Positions 53,905 through 64,000 of a stretch of DNA of 64,000 bases are shown piece after piece. The notes beneath the pieces are model-generated. The model worked only from the letters and a program-made list of their open reading frames with translations. It was not told where the DNA came from and made no database searches. Position numbers and translations under genes: made by a program. Source of the DNA: a virus; the IMG/VR virus record IMGVR_UViG_3300046028_008994, one strand, 5' to 3'. Every line of letters starts with the position of its first letter. The stretch's first letter is position 1.

Positions 53905-55470
53905 ATGAGTCAAGATTTAAAAGCAATTATAAGAGAAGAATATATAAAGTGTTCCCAAGATCCGGCTCACTTTATGAAAAAATATTGTAATATTCAACAC
54001 CCACAAAGAGGTAGAGTAATATTCAATTTATACCCGTTTCAAGATAAAGTATTACATTTATGGAGAGATAATCCATATTCAATAGTACTAAAATCAAGAC
54101 AATTAGGTATATCTACTTTAGCCGCAGGTTATTCCTTGTGGCTAATGTTGTTTCATAAAGACAAAAACGTACTTTGTATTGCAACTAAGCAAGAAACAGC
54201 AAAAAACATGGTAACGAAAGTTAAATTCATGTTTGATAACTTACCTTCTTGGTTAAAAATAACAGCAGAAGAAAATAACAAATTAACACTACGATTAAGT
54301 AATGGATCTCAAATCAAAGCAACTTCAGCATCATCAGATGCAGGTCGTTCAGAAGCAGTATCTTTACTAATAGTCGATGAAGCAGCATTTATTGAACAAA
54401 TTGGAGAAATATGGGCATCAGCACAACAAACATTAGCAACGGGTGGTGGAGCAATTGTTCTATCAACACCTTATGGAACTGGAAACTGGTTTCACAAGAC
54501 ATGGGTATCAGCAGAGAACAAGGAAAACGACTTTTTACCTATCAAACTACCTTGGTTCGTACATCCAGAACGAAATGAGGAATGGAGAAAACGTCAAGAC
54601 GAATTATTAGGAGATCCTAGATTAGCAGCACAAGAGTGTGATTGCGATTTTAGTACATCAGGTGATGTTGTGTTTTTTCCTGAATGGGTTGAATTTATAA
54701 ATCAAACAACAATACAAGAACCATTAGAACGTAGAGGAGCAGATCAAAATTTATGGATATGGGAAGTAGCTGATTATTCAAGAGAATATATGATAATAGC
54801 TGACGTAGCTAGAGGAGACGGTAAAGATTATTCTACATTTCATGTTATGGATATAGCTACAAATACACAAATAGCCGAATATAGAGGACAACTACCACCA
54901 AAAGAATTTGGTTATTTATTAGTAGCAATAGCTACAGAATATAATATGGGATTATTAGTAATTGAAAATGCTTCAATTGGTTGGGCTACAATAGATTCTG
55001 TATTAGAAAGAGGATATTCAAACATTTACTATTCTCCTAAATCAGATACATTAACTGTAGATTCTTATTTTAATCAATTTGAAAACAGTACAAATGTTAC
55101 ACCTGGTTTTACAATGTCCTTAAAAACAAGACCTTTAGTAATTAATAAATTTAGAGAATATATTGGTGATAAATCAGTAACAATTCGTTCAAAACGTTTA
55201 TTAGAGGAAATGAAAGTATTTGTATGGAAAAATGGTAGAGCAGAAGCACAAACAGGATACAATGATGATTTAGTCATGCCGTTTGGTATAGCAATGTATT
55301 TAAGAGATACTTCATTAAAATTCCAACAACAATCTCATGATCTTACTCGAGCTACTCTTGGTAGTATGAAAAAAGTATCGTATAATGGAGGATATAATTC
55401 TAACCAAATTCAAAATCCATATGCTATGCAAACAAAAGATGGAATGGAGAATATTAATTGGTTATTATAA
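53905..55470 (+). CDS. Terminase large subunit (gp17-like)
   Basis: LKSRQLGIS, LLIVDEAAF, LSTPYG, ADVARGDGKDYS, NDDLVM. Confidence 0.95.
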   Translation: MSQDLKAIIREEYIKCSQDPAHFMKKYCNIQHPQRGRVIFNLYPFQDKVLHLWRDNPYSIVLKSRQLGISTLAAGYSLWLMLFHKDKNVLCIATKQETAKNMVTKVKFMFDNLPSWLKITAEENNKLTLRLSNGSQIKATSASSDAGRSEAVSLLIVDEAAFIEQIGEIWASAQQTLATGGGAIVLSTPYGTGNWFHKTWVSAENKENDFLPIKLPWFVHPERNEEWRKRQDELLGDPRLAAQECDCDFSTSGDVVFFPEWVEFINQTTIQEPLERRGADQNLWIWEVADYSREYMIIADVARGDGKDYSTFHVMDIATNTQIAEYRGQLPPKEFGYLLVAIATEYNMGLLVIENASIGWATIDSVLERGYSNIYYSPKSDTLTVDSYFNQFENSTNVTPGFTMSLKTRPLVINKFREYIGDKSVTIRSKRLLEEMKVFVWKNGRAEAQTGYNDDLVMPFGIAMYLRDTSLKFQQQSHDLTRATLGSMKKVSYNGGYNSNQIQNPYAMQTKDGMENINWLL

Positions 55471-55497
55471 TATTTATAACATATAACAAAATAAAAA

Positions 55498-57390
55498 ATG
55501 GCTGATAAAAGTTTATTTACCCGATTACAAAGATTATTTTCTACAGATGTAATTATTCGTAATCAAGGAGGCAATCAATTAAAAGTAATGGATGTTGATT
55601 CCATTCAACGTTCCGGAGATATAGCAACAAATTCATTAGTAGATAGATATAATCGTCTATATTCACCATCAACAACATCATTATTAGGTTCTCAATTAAA
55701 CGTAAACTGGCAGTACTTACGTACAATGACTTACTCAGATTACGATAATATGGATTATGATGCTATTGTAGCTTCTGCTCTTGATATTATTGCTGATGAA
55801 TGTACGTTAAAAAATGACATGGGAGAAGTACTCCAAATCAGAAGTAGTAACGAGGATGTTCAACAAATACTTTATAATTTATTTTATGATGTATTAAATA
55901 TCGAATTTAATTTATGGTCTTGGATTCGCCAAATGTGTAAATATGGTGACTTTTTCTTAAAAATGGAAATTGCTGAAAAATATGGTGTATATAATGTAAT
56001 ACCTTACACAGCATTTCATATTGAAAGACAAGAAAACTATGATAAAGAACGTCCAAACTCAGTAAGATTTAAATATGCACCTGAAGGTATTTATGCTGGA
56101 GGATCAGGTTACTATGGTACGCCAAATATTGGAACATTTGATAATCAACCAGGTATATTTTTTGAAAACTATGAAATGGCTCATTTTAGATTATTAACTG
56201 ATGTTAACTATCTTCCTTATGGTCGTTCATATCTAGAACCAGCTCGTCGTATTTTTAAACAATATGTTTTAATGGAAGATGCTATGTTAATTCATAGAAT
56301 TTCTCGTTCACCAGATAGAAGAATATTTTATATCAATGTTGGATCAATTCCACCAAATGAAGTAGAAAACTTCATGCAGAAAACTATCACTACAATGAAA
56401 CGTACTCCATTAATGGATAGCCAAACAGGTGAATATAATTTAAAATATAACATGCAAAACATGTTAGAAGATTTTTATATCCCAATCAGAGGTAATGATC
56501 AAACAACAAAAATAGAAACTACACCAGGTTTAACTTACGATGGTATTCAAGACGTAGAATATTTAAGAGATAAATTATTTGCTGCTTTAAAAGTACCTAA
56601 AGCTTTTATGGGGTATGAAAAAGATTTAACAGGTAAAGCAACATTAGCAGCTGAAGATATTCGTTTTGCACGCACAATTGACCGTATACAACGTATTACC
56701 TTATCTGAATTATATAAAATTGCGCTTGTACATTTATATGCCCAAGGTTACACAGGTGAAGAATTAACTAATTTTGAATTAGATTTAACTACTCCATCTA
56801 TTATCTATGATCAGGAAAAAATTGCATTATTAACTCAAAAGGTAGAATTAGCTAAATCAATAATGGATGCTAAATTATTACCTACAGATTGGATTTACGA
56901 TAATATATTCCACTTCAGTCAAGATCAATTTGATGAATATAGAGATTTAGTAGCTGAAGACCAAAAACGTGCATTTAGATATAATCAATTATTTGAAGAA
57001 GGTAATGATCCTAAAGAAACAGGTAAATCATATGGTACACCACACGATCTAGCTTCACTTTATGGTAGAGGTAGATATGAAGAAACTAGTGTACCTGATG
57101 GATATGATGAAAAAGTACCATTAGGAAGACCAAAAGAAAAAGTAACTGATAGAAATACACAAGATGATTTCTTAGGAAAAGACAGATTAGGTGTTCAAGG
57201 AATGAAAAAAGATGATAACGAATCTGATTCAATTCGTCCTCAATATAAAGGTGGTTCACCGTTAGCATTAGAGGCAAAACAAGTCTACCTTAAAAATAAA
57301 ACATTAATTGAAAGTTTAGGTAAAAAAGTATCTATTGAAAGAGACTCAGCAGGAGAATCATTATTAGATGAATCTAGATTAAAAGAATAA
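55498..57390 (+). CDS. Portal protein (gp20-like)
   Basis: LMEDAMLIHRISRSPDRRIFYINVG.IP; EDFYIP.RG; ALKVPK. Confidence 0.95.
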   Translation: MADKSLFTRLQRLFSTDVIIRNQGGNQLKVMDVDSIQRSGDIATNSLVDRYNRLYSPSTTSLLGSQLNVNWQYLRTMTYSDYDNMDYDAIVASALDIIADECTLKNDMGEVLQIRSSNEDVQQILYNLFYDVLNIEFNLWSWIRQMCKYGDFFLKMEIAEKYGVYNVIPYTAFHIERQENYDKERPNSVRFKYAPEGIYAGGSGYYGTPNIGTFDNQPGIFFENYEMAHFRLLTDVNYLPYGRSYLEPARRIFKQYVLMEDAMLIHRISRSPDRRIFYINVGSIPPNEVENFMQKTITTMKRTPLMDSQTGEYNLKYNMQNMLEDFYIPIRGNDQTTKIETTPGLTYDGIQDVEYLRDKLFAALKVPKAFMGYEKDLTGKATLAAEDIRFARTIDRIQRITLSELYKIALVHLYAQGYTGEELTNFELDLTTPSIIYDQEKIALLTQKVELAKSIMDAKLLPTDWIYDNIFHFSQDQFDEYRDLVAEDQKRAFRYNQLFEEGNDPKETGKSYGTPHDLASLYGRGRYEETSVPDGYDEKVPLGRPKEKVTDRNTQDDFLGKDRLGVQGMKKDDNESDSIRPQYKGGSPLALEAKQVYLKNKTLIESLGKKVSIERDSAGESLLDESRLKE

Positions 57391-57423
57391 AAATTATTAT
57401 ATATTTATAACAAAATCTCAAGA

Positions 57424-58293
57424 ATGAATATTAAACACTCAAAGTACAAAAATACAGGAATACTGTTTGAACTTTTAGTAAGACAAATTACCGCTGATAC
57501 ATTATCTGGTGTTGATTCTAAAGCTACTAAAATTTTAAAAAAATACTTTGTTAAAACAGAATTAGGAAGAGAATATAAATTATATGAAACACTTTCTAAA
57601 CATAAAAATCTTACTGAGGGTAAAGCTGAGGTAGTAATTAATTCTATAATTGAGTCCTCTAAAAATTTAAATAGAGGAGCATTAAAAAGACAAAAATATA
57701 ATATAATTAAAGAGATAGCTAGTCATTATAATTTAGATGAATTTTTTAAAACAAAATTACCTAGTTATAAATCACAAGCAGCATTATATACATTATTAGA
57801 AATATATAATAGCGAAAACTTATCAAATCCAGACCAAATAATTGATAATAAAATTATAATATTAGAAACATTAACAACAAAATCAATCGATAAACAAAAA
57901 GTAGAAGATGATTTGATGACTGAATTTCAAACATATGATAAAGATTTACGTATTTTAACGTATCGTGTAATGTTAGAAAAATTTAATGGTAAATACGAAT
58001 CATTAAATACATCACAAAAAATGGTATTAAAAGAATTTATCAATTCAATAGATTCAACACCGAAATTAAAAGAATTTTATAATACTAAAATAACTGAGAT
58101 TAAGTCTGAATTAAGCAATTTGTGTAAAAAAGTTTCGGATAAAGCAATTCAAATTAAATTAACAGAAGTTAACAACATGTTAACCCCATTAGGTAAATTA
58201 TCTAAGATAGATAATGATGATCTAGTTAATTTATTACAATACTATGCACTTTTAGAAGAACTAACTAAAGCGAATGTTCAAGTACAAATATAA
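57424..58293 (+). CDS. Conserved head-module protein
   Basis: KHSKYKNTGILFELL; located between portal and protease. Confidence 0.7.
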   Translation: MNIKHSKYKNTGILFELLVRQITADTLSGVDSKATKILKKYFVKTELGREYKLYETLSKHKNLTEGKAEVVINSIIESSKNLNRGALKRQKYNIIKEIASHYNLDEFFKTKLPSYKSQAALYTLLEIYNSENLSNPDQIIDNKIIILETLTTKSIDKQKVEDDLMTEFQTYDKDLRILTYRVMLEKFNGKYESLNTSQKMVLKEFINSIDSTPKLKEFYNTKITEIKSELSNLCKKVSDKAIQIKLTEVNNMLTPLGKLSKIDNDDLVNLLQYYALLEELTKANVQVQI

Positions 58294-58834
58294 AATAAAA
58301 GAAGAATCAACTATTTCATCTGATTCTGGATTTACATCTGGAGGCACTGGAGAAAATCATAGTGGGCCTTCTAAAAAAAAATCAACTTACGGAGCATATA
58401 CACAAGTAGGATTTAAAAAAGTAACAGAAGGTCCTGGAGCTACAGTAGGTCCTGGTCCAAAAGCAGGTCCTGAAGGTGTTAAAGATAATGTATATGTTAA
58501 AAAATTTAAATATAAATTAGTTAATCGTCCTGCTCTAAATAAAGCAGCTAAAGGTATTGAAATAAAAGCATTGTGGGAAGCAAATACTAATGTTGAAGAA
58601 TTTATTACAGGATTAAATATAACAAATCCAGATAATAAAAAATTTATTACATCTCGTATTTTAGGATTTGATGAATTAGAAACAAAACTAAATGAATTAA
58701 TTCCTTTATTACAACAAGCAAAACACAAAACTATGGATTTTTACAGACAAGATCCAAATTCATTTACCGTTCTATATGGAACAGATATTGCAAACGAATA
58801 TCTAAATGATTTACTAGAACTATTTAAAAATTAA
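58274..58834 (+). CDS. Hypothetical head-module protein
   Basis: 186-aa ORF. Confidence 0.65.
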   Translation: MFKYKYKIKEESTISSDSGFTSGGTGENHSGPSKKKSTYGAYTQVGFKKVTEGPGATVGPGPKAGPEGVKDNVYVKKFKYKLVNRPALNKAAKGIEIKALWEANTNVEEFITGLNITNPDNKKFITSRILGFDELETKLNELIPLLQQAKHKTMDFYRQDPNSFTVLYGTDIANEYLNDLLELFKN

Positions 58835-58837
58835 AAC

Positions 58838-59170
58838 ATGGCTAATTATAATGTTTCAGTTACACAAAGTATAGTAATACAACCAGCAAATATTTTAGCT
58901 AGTCAGGTAACAACTTATACTATATCAAATCCTTTAATTGGTTCTTCTTATTTTACATTAGAAACAGTAAGAAACAATGACGGATTTTATAATTCAACTT
59001 CTCCTAAAAACACCTCAGGTTCATTTTCATTAGGAACAGGATTAGCAGAATTAATACAATCAGATTATATAGCTTCAGTTATTGTAGCACCAGGAGGAGG
59101 TACATTAACGTTTACACCTGCTAATAATATAACAGGTTCTACTTTATATTTAAGAGGAACAGGAGCATAA
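58838..59170 (+). CDS. Small beta-rich structural protein (possible head decoration)
   Basis: S/T/G-rich 110 aa. Confidence 0.55.
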   Translation: MANYNVSVTQSIVIQPANILASQVTTYTISNPLIGSSYFTLETVRNNDGFYNSTSPKNTSGSFSLGTGLAELIQSDYIASVIVAPGGGTLTFTPANNITGSTLYLRGTGA

Positions 59171-59192
59171 AAATTAACATATTTATAATAAA

Positions 59193-60416
59193 ATGGAAAA
59201 AACATTACAACAACAATATACTCTTATTAGAGAAGGTAAAGGAAATAAAGATCACTTTCTTAAACAAGCAAGAAATTTATTCCCAGAATTCATTACACCA
59301 GTTAATGATTATAATACTACAGTTCATATTTTAAAATCAAAAAGTATTTTAAGTGAAACCGCTATAGGAGGAGTAATCACTTCAAATCCAAATAAACCAG
59401 ATTGGTTTAAAATATTTGATACTAATTTAAAAGAAGCAGTAGGTGTTAAAAACACTAAAGAATATGGTGATCAAAACGAATTTGAAAAAATTGATAAACA
59501 AGTTCAAGATGCTTTAGATCATCAATTTGATAATAAAGATGATAAAAACATAGACAATGTTTATGGACAATCATTTTTAATGGGATACTATACTGAAATG
59601 AAAGATCCTAAAAACGCTGATAAAACAGTTGATGAATTAAAAGCTATTGTATTAAAAAACATGGTTAAAGACATCAATTATTATCATACTGAAGCATCAT
59701 TTGGTGTTAAAGAAATTGGATATACAAAAGATGTAGTTGGTGGTGGAGATGCAATAGCACCCAAAGGCAAATATAAATCATCAGGATATGGTGATATGCC
59801 TAAAGCTAAAGTTGTTAAAGAATCTTTAAATGAAGCTAAAAAATCAAACGTTCAAACTCGTATTAAAGATTTAGAAAAACAAAACGAAGTATTAGCTTTA
59901 GAATCTAAAATAGCATCATTGGATGAAGCAATTAATGAATTAACTCAAAAAGTATCATTATCTGAATCTGATGAGTTAACTGATATGATGGATCCTAAAA
60001 AAATTAATGAACTTAAAAAAGACATTAAAGTACTTGAAAAATACAAAATGACTTGTGAGAAAAAATTATCAAAATTAGGTGGTAAAAAAACCATAGTTGA
60101 TGAAAATAAAGATGAAGACTATGGTGGTTTAAATCCTGAAGATTATGATTTAATGGATGATGGTAGTATGGTTGATCCTGAAACAGGAAAAGTAGTTTGG
60201 AGCCCAACCAATGAAAAAATAACTGAAAACGAAAACGAAAATCCCCCTAACAAATATACATTTGTTGATAAAAAAGTAGTTAGAAGAATTAGTCCACAAA
60301 ATGGAGATAAATCATATGATATTCAATTTGATGATCGCACAGAAAAAACAATTTATGCAAGTCATGATGATTGGGATAAAATCAATTCTATATATCAAAA
60401 AGCTAAAAACGGATAA
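59193..60416 (+). CDS. Modular head-associated protein
   Basis: Late motif at 59180; multiple L-x-E sites; coiled coil. Confidence 0.65.
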   Translation: MEKTLQQQYTLIREGKGNKDHFLKQARNLFPEFITPVNDYNTTVHILKSKSILSETAIGGVITSNPNKPDWFKIFDTNLKEAVGVKNTKEYGDQNEFEKIDKQVQDALDHQFDNKDDKNIDNVYGQSFLMGYYTEMKDPKNADKTVDELKAIVLKNMVKDINYYHTEASFGVKEIGYTKDVVGGGDAIAPKGKYKSSGYGDMPKAKVVKESLNEAKKSNVQTRIKDLEKQNEVLALESKIASLDEAINELTQKVSLSESDELTDMMDPKKINELKKDIKVLEKYKMTCEKKLSKLGGKKTIVDENKDEDYGGLNPEDYDLMDDGSMVDPETGKVVWSPTNEKITENENENPPNKYTFVDKKVVRRISPQNGDKSYDIQFDDRTEKTIYASHDDWDKINSIYQKAKNG

Positions 60417-60419
60417 TTA

Positions 60420-61028
60420 ATGAAACAAGTATTAATTGAAACTATACCGTTTAATGTATCTCCGATACAATTAACTGAAGGAATGAAAGCCCGTTCTGGT
60501 AATCCTTTAGTTGAAGGTATTTTAGCTACTGCCGAAGTAAAAAATGGTAATGGTAGATACTATTCTAAAGATTTATGGGAAAGAGAAATTAATAAATACA
60601 TGGATGTTGTTAAAGAAAATAGAGCAACAGGCGAGTTAGACCACCCAGAATCTACAATTATTAATCTAAAAAACGTATCTCATATTATTAGAGAAATTAG
60701 ATGGGACAACGATAAAGTAATAGGTAAAATAGAAATATTACCAACAACATCAGGTAACATATTAAAAGCTCTTATTGAAAACGGAGTTATGGTGGGTGTA
60801 TCATCTCGTGGAATGGGTAGTTTAAAAGAAATGAATGAAGGTACTTTAGAAGTACAAGATGATTTCGAACTATTATGTTGGGATTTCGTATCAACACCTT
60901 CAAACCCGGGCTCATATATGAATTTAGTAAGAGAAGGTAAGGAAAATAATATTATAAACCCATATAATAAGGTGAATTTATTATTAACCGAAATCTTATG
61001 TGCTAATGGTTCTTGTCCAATATTTTAA
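60420..61028 (+). CDS. Prohead protease (gp21-like)
   Basis: KNGNGRYY, GELDHP, VSHII, GVSSRGMGS, DFVSTPS. Confidence 0.93.
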   Translation: MKQVLIETIPFNVSPIQLTEGMKARSGNPLVEGILATAEVKNGNGRYYSKDLWEREINKYMDVVKENRATGELDHPESTIINLKNVSHIIREIRWDNDKVIGKIEILPTTSGNILKALIENGVMVGVSSRGMGSLKEMNEGTLEVQDDFELLCWDFVSTPSNPGSYMNLVREGKENNIINPYNKVNLLLTEILCANGSCPIF

Positions 61029-61228
61029 ACAATAAAACTATGAAAATAATAAACTCTTGGAAATCAAAAGCAAAACAATTCGATAAAATAGATATAACTG
61101 CAAGAATATCTTATTTGTCTATATTTGAATTAAATATAGATTTTTCTAAAAAATCTTACAGATTAGTAATATTAAATTTCGGTATTAACTCTTAACCCCT
61201 CTCTGGATAGAATCCATTGATAGACCCT

Positions 61229-61254
61229 TCCCTAAAAAGAAGGGTTTCTTTTTT
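61229..61254 (+). terminator. Intrinsic terminator
   Basis: ACCCTTC-CCTAAAAA-GAAGGGT then TTCTTTTT. Confidence 0.65.
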
Positions 61255-61393
61255 CGATTTTAGAAAAGGTGCATATATGTATCGAGGAATATACGGTTCA
61301 TTTTATATCGTATCTATTTTAAATATTCTATTACGCTTCGATTTTATCTACAATAAGCGTATTTCCAACAAAACAATTTGAGGACAAAAAACA

Positions 61394-62455
61394 ATGACAA
61401 ACAGAGATTTGCTAAAAGAAGCAATCGCAGATGCCAAAGCAGTTAAAGAAACAGCTATCGCAAATGCAAAATTAGCTCTTGAAGAAACTTTCAACCCGTA
61501 TCTAAGAGAAAGATTAGCTGCAAAGTTAAACGAATTAGATGAAGCAGAAGAAGAAACAGAGTTAAAAGAAACAGAAGAAGTAATGGACGAAAATTATTCT
61601 GAAGATGATGACATGATGGAAGAAACCATGGAAGTGGAAAATGCAGAAATGGCAGCTGAAGCAGATACATTAGATCTAGAAGCTCTTCTAAGAGAATTAG
61701 ACGGTATTGAAGAAGACAAAACAGTCAACGCCGCAGGTTACGCTGAAGATGAAGATAACGATGATCACGGTAATCTAAACGAAGCTGAAGATGATGAAGT
61801 TGCTAAAGGTGAAGATGATGATGAAGATGAAAACATCAACATTGAAGACATGAGCACAGAAGATTTAGAATCATTTATCAAAGACGTAATCTCAGACATG
61901 GTATCAGCAGGTGAATTAGAAGCTGGTGAAGAAGGCGAAGAAGGCGGCGAAGAAGAAGATGTTATGAAAATGGATGATGAGGGTGATGATGAAGAAGAAA
62001 TTAACTTAGATGCTATAGTAGCTGAACTTAAAAAGAAACCAGTAACTAAAAAATCAAGTAAAGAAGATGATAAAGAAGACAAAGTTAAAAAGATGGAAAA
62101 AGAACTTAAAGAAGCTTATGACGCTTTAAGACTTGTTAAATCTGAATTAAACGAAGTTAACTTATTCAACGCTAAATTACTTTACACAAACAAAATCTTC
62201 AGAAACAAAAACTTATCTGAATCACAAAAAGTAAAAGTATTAGCAGCATTTGATAAAGCTGTTAACGTAAAAGAAGCTAAATTAGTATATGAAACATTAA
62301 GTGAAGGTTTAAAACAAACAAAAACTCCAGTTAACGAATCATTATTAAGAGGTGCGGCATCTAAAGTATCTGGTATTGCTCCAAAGAAACCAATTCTTGA
62401 AGTAAATGACCAATTAAACAGATGGCAAATATTAGCCGGTATCAAAAAAATATAA
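61394..62455 (+). CDS. Prohead scaffold/core protein (gp22-like)
   Basis: Highly acidic coiled coil between protease and MCP; LNEVNLFNAKLLY; ends RWQILAGIKKI. Confidence 0.8.
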   Translation: MTNRDLLKEAIADAKAVKETAIANAKLALEETFNPYLRERLAAKLNELDEAEEETELKETEEVMDENYSEDDDMMEETMEVENAEMAAEADTLDLEALLRELDGIEEDKTVNAAGYAEDEDNDDHGNLNEAEDDEVAKGEDDDEDENINIEDMSTEDLESFIKDVISDMVSAGELEAGEEGEEGGEEEDVMKMDDEGDDEEEINLDAIVAELKKKPVTKKSSKEDDKEDKVKKMEKELKEAYDALRLVKSELNEVNLFNAKLLYTNKIFRNKNLSESQKVKVLAAFDKAVNVKEAKLVYETLSEGLKQTKTPVNESLLRGAASKVSGIAPKKPILEVNDQLNRWQILAGIKKI

Positions 62456-62482
62456 CAATAAAAAAACAAAACAATTAAAACA

Positions 62483-64000
62483 ATGTCAAACGTACATCAA
62501 TTATTAGAAAGCGCAGCAGGAAACTGGAAATCACTACAAAGTGATGCTGCTAAATTAGCTTCTAAATGGACTAAAACAGGTCTATTAGAAGGCTTAACTA
62601 CTGTGGACAGTAACAATATGTCCCTTTTATTAGAAAACCAAGCAAAACAATTAGTAACAGAAACTAACACTGTTGCTTCAAACTCTGGATTCACTTCTGG
62701 TACACAAGGTGAAAACTGGGCTGGTATTGCATTACCATTAGTAAGAAAAGTATTCGGAACTATCGTAGCTAAAGAATTCGTTTCTGTTCAACCAATGAAC
62801 ATGCCTTCTGGTTTAGTATTCTTCTTAGATTTCCAATACGGAAACAACAAAAATCCATTTACTGCAGGTTCTTCTTTATATGGTAACAGAAATGCTTCTG
62901 GTCAATATCCATTTGCTACTCCAGCAGCTGAAGGCGGTTTATACAACCCAGCAAACAAATTTACTTACTCTACTAACCAATTCTCAGCTTCTGTTCCATT
63001 AACTGGATCTACTGCTGGTGGTGTTTTACCTACTATTGGTGCTGGTACTGGTTCAGTAGTTACAGCATCATGGGCTGAATTAAATTTTGATTCTGAATAT
63101 TCAGCATCAGTAATTGCAAACAGAATATACAAAGTAACTGTTGCTACAGCTTCTGTATTAACTAACTTTGATCCAGATGCAGTAAGAGGTTTCACTTTAG
63201 TATCTGGTTCTACATTTACTGCTTCTAATATTTTACCTCAGTTTACAACTTATAACTATACAGCAGGAACTATTAGTTTCTTCTATACAGCTTCAGCTAC
63301 TTTAGGTGCTAATAATACTGCCGGTGCTTCTGCTACTATTTTCTATAACAAAGGTAATAACAGTAGTACATTATCTGGTAATGATGCTAGAGCTGATTTC
63401 GAAGCAGATAGAACAGACGTATCTGTACCTAACTCTTTAAGTAGTTCAAACATCGTAATCCCAGAAATTAATGTTAAAATGCAATCACAAGCCATCACTG
63501 CTAAAACTAAAAAGTTAAAAGCTGTATGGACTCCTGAGTTCGCTCAAGATTTAAGTGCTTACCAAAACATTGATGCTGAAGCTGAATTAACTAACATCAT
63601 GAGTGAGTATATTTCAATGGAAATTGACTTAGAAATCTTAGAAATGTTAATCGAAGATGCTGCAGCTGGTACTGAATACTGGTCAGCAATTAACAACCAA
63701 ACTATTTCAACCCAAGGTACTATAACTAACTTAGGAACTTCAGGTTATTATAACACTCAAGGTCAATGGTTCCAAACTTTAGGTACTAAAATCCAAAAAT
63801 TAAGCAACAAAATCCACCAATTAACTTTACGTGGAGGTGCTAATTTTATCGTAACTTCTCCAACAGTAGCTACTATCTTAGAATCAATCCCAGGATTTGC
63901 TTCTACAAGCAATGGTGAAGCTGATCAAATGGAATATGCTTTCGGTGTACAAAAAATTGGTACTGTAAACGGTCGTTACAAGGTTTACAAAAATCCTTAC
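62483..64000 (+). CDS. Major capsid protein (gp23-like), 3' end outside window; absent from ORF track
   Basis: KWTKTGLLEGL, LLENQAKQL, LPLVRKVF, VSVQPMNMPSGLVFFLDF, AKTKKLKAVWTPEFAQDL, DAEAELT, RGGANF. Confidence 0.95.
   Translation, partial: MSNVHQLLESAAGNWKSLQSDAAKLASKWTKTGLLEGLTTVDSNNMSLLLENQAKQLVTETNTVASNSGFTSGTQGENWAGIALPLVRKVFGTIVAKEFVSVQPMNMPSGLVFFLDFQYGNNKNPFTAGSSLYGNRNASGQYPFATPAAEGGLYNPANKFTYSTNQFSASVPLTGSTAGGVLPTIGAGTGSVVTASWAELNFDSEYSASVIANRIYKVTVATASVLTNFDPDAVRGFTLVSGSTFTASNILPQFTTYNYTAGTISFFYTASATLGANNTAGASATIFYNKGNNSSTLSGNDARADFEADRTDVSVPNSLSSSNIVIPEINVKMQSQAITAKTKKLKAVWTPEFAQDLSAYQNIDAEAELTNIMSEYISMEIDLEILEMLIEDAAAGTEYWSAINNQTISTQGTITNLGTSGYYNTQGQWFQTLGTKIQKLSNKIHQLTLRGGANFIVTSPTVATILESIPGFASTSNGEADQMEYAFGVQKIGTVNGRYKVYKNPY

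Noticed and set aside
53905-57390. Inteins or introns in terminase and portal
   Set aside because: Both are uninterrupted, of ordinary length, and show no splice motifs.
10-63195. Minus-strand ORFs in the track
   Set aside because: Nearly all are antisense shadows of well-supported + strand genes. Those at 6413-7005 cross the palindrome region and a tRNA mimic and lack protein-like features.
1-64000. Stop-codon recoding
   Set aside because: Core genes are full length in the standard code, and no suppressor tRNA is seen. tRNA-Trp has a normal CCA anticodon.

Overview
A 64-kb segment of a large, AT-rich, T4-like myovirus genome. All credible genes lie on the + strand and read in the standard code. 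The likely host is Bacteroidota, inferred from TTTG-N19/20-TAnnTT(T/C)A promoters, A-rich leaders without Shine-Dalgarno sites and an Hc1-like protein. Layout: (1-6.5 kb) an early/host-takeover region of small genes, each behind a repeated promoter that is often fused to a terminator hairpin; (6.5-6.9 kb) a palindrome-dense non-coding junction; (4.3-4.7 and 6.9-7.8 kb) five tRNA-like RNAs with identical acceptor stems and near-identical T-arms but no anticodon loop, alternating with small ORFs, one of them HicB-like; (8.5-8.9 kb) tRNA-Thr, a degenerate tRNA-Met, tRNA-Trp and two pseudoknotted RNA candidates; (9-13 kb) patatin, holin-like protein and M15 endolysin, an HD hydrolase and a gp55-like late sigma factor; (13.5-32 kb) baseplate and tail-fibre genes; (32-34.6 kb) GIY-YIG protein, primase and PD-(D/E)XK nuclease; (34.6-50 kb) an island of modular proteins carrying capsid-targeting-like leaders; (50-53 kb) FAD oxidoreductase, HNH endonuclease and a P-loop kinase; (53.9-64 kb) terminase, portal, prohead protease, scaffold and the major capsid gene, which is cut by the window end. 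The best candidate for an undescribed system is the array of anticodon-less tRNA mimics and small-gene cassettes. The second is an apparent two-address system for loading cargo proteins into the head. All family calls come from motif recognition by eye, not from database searches.
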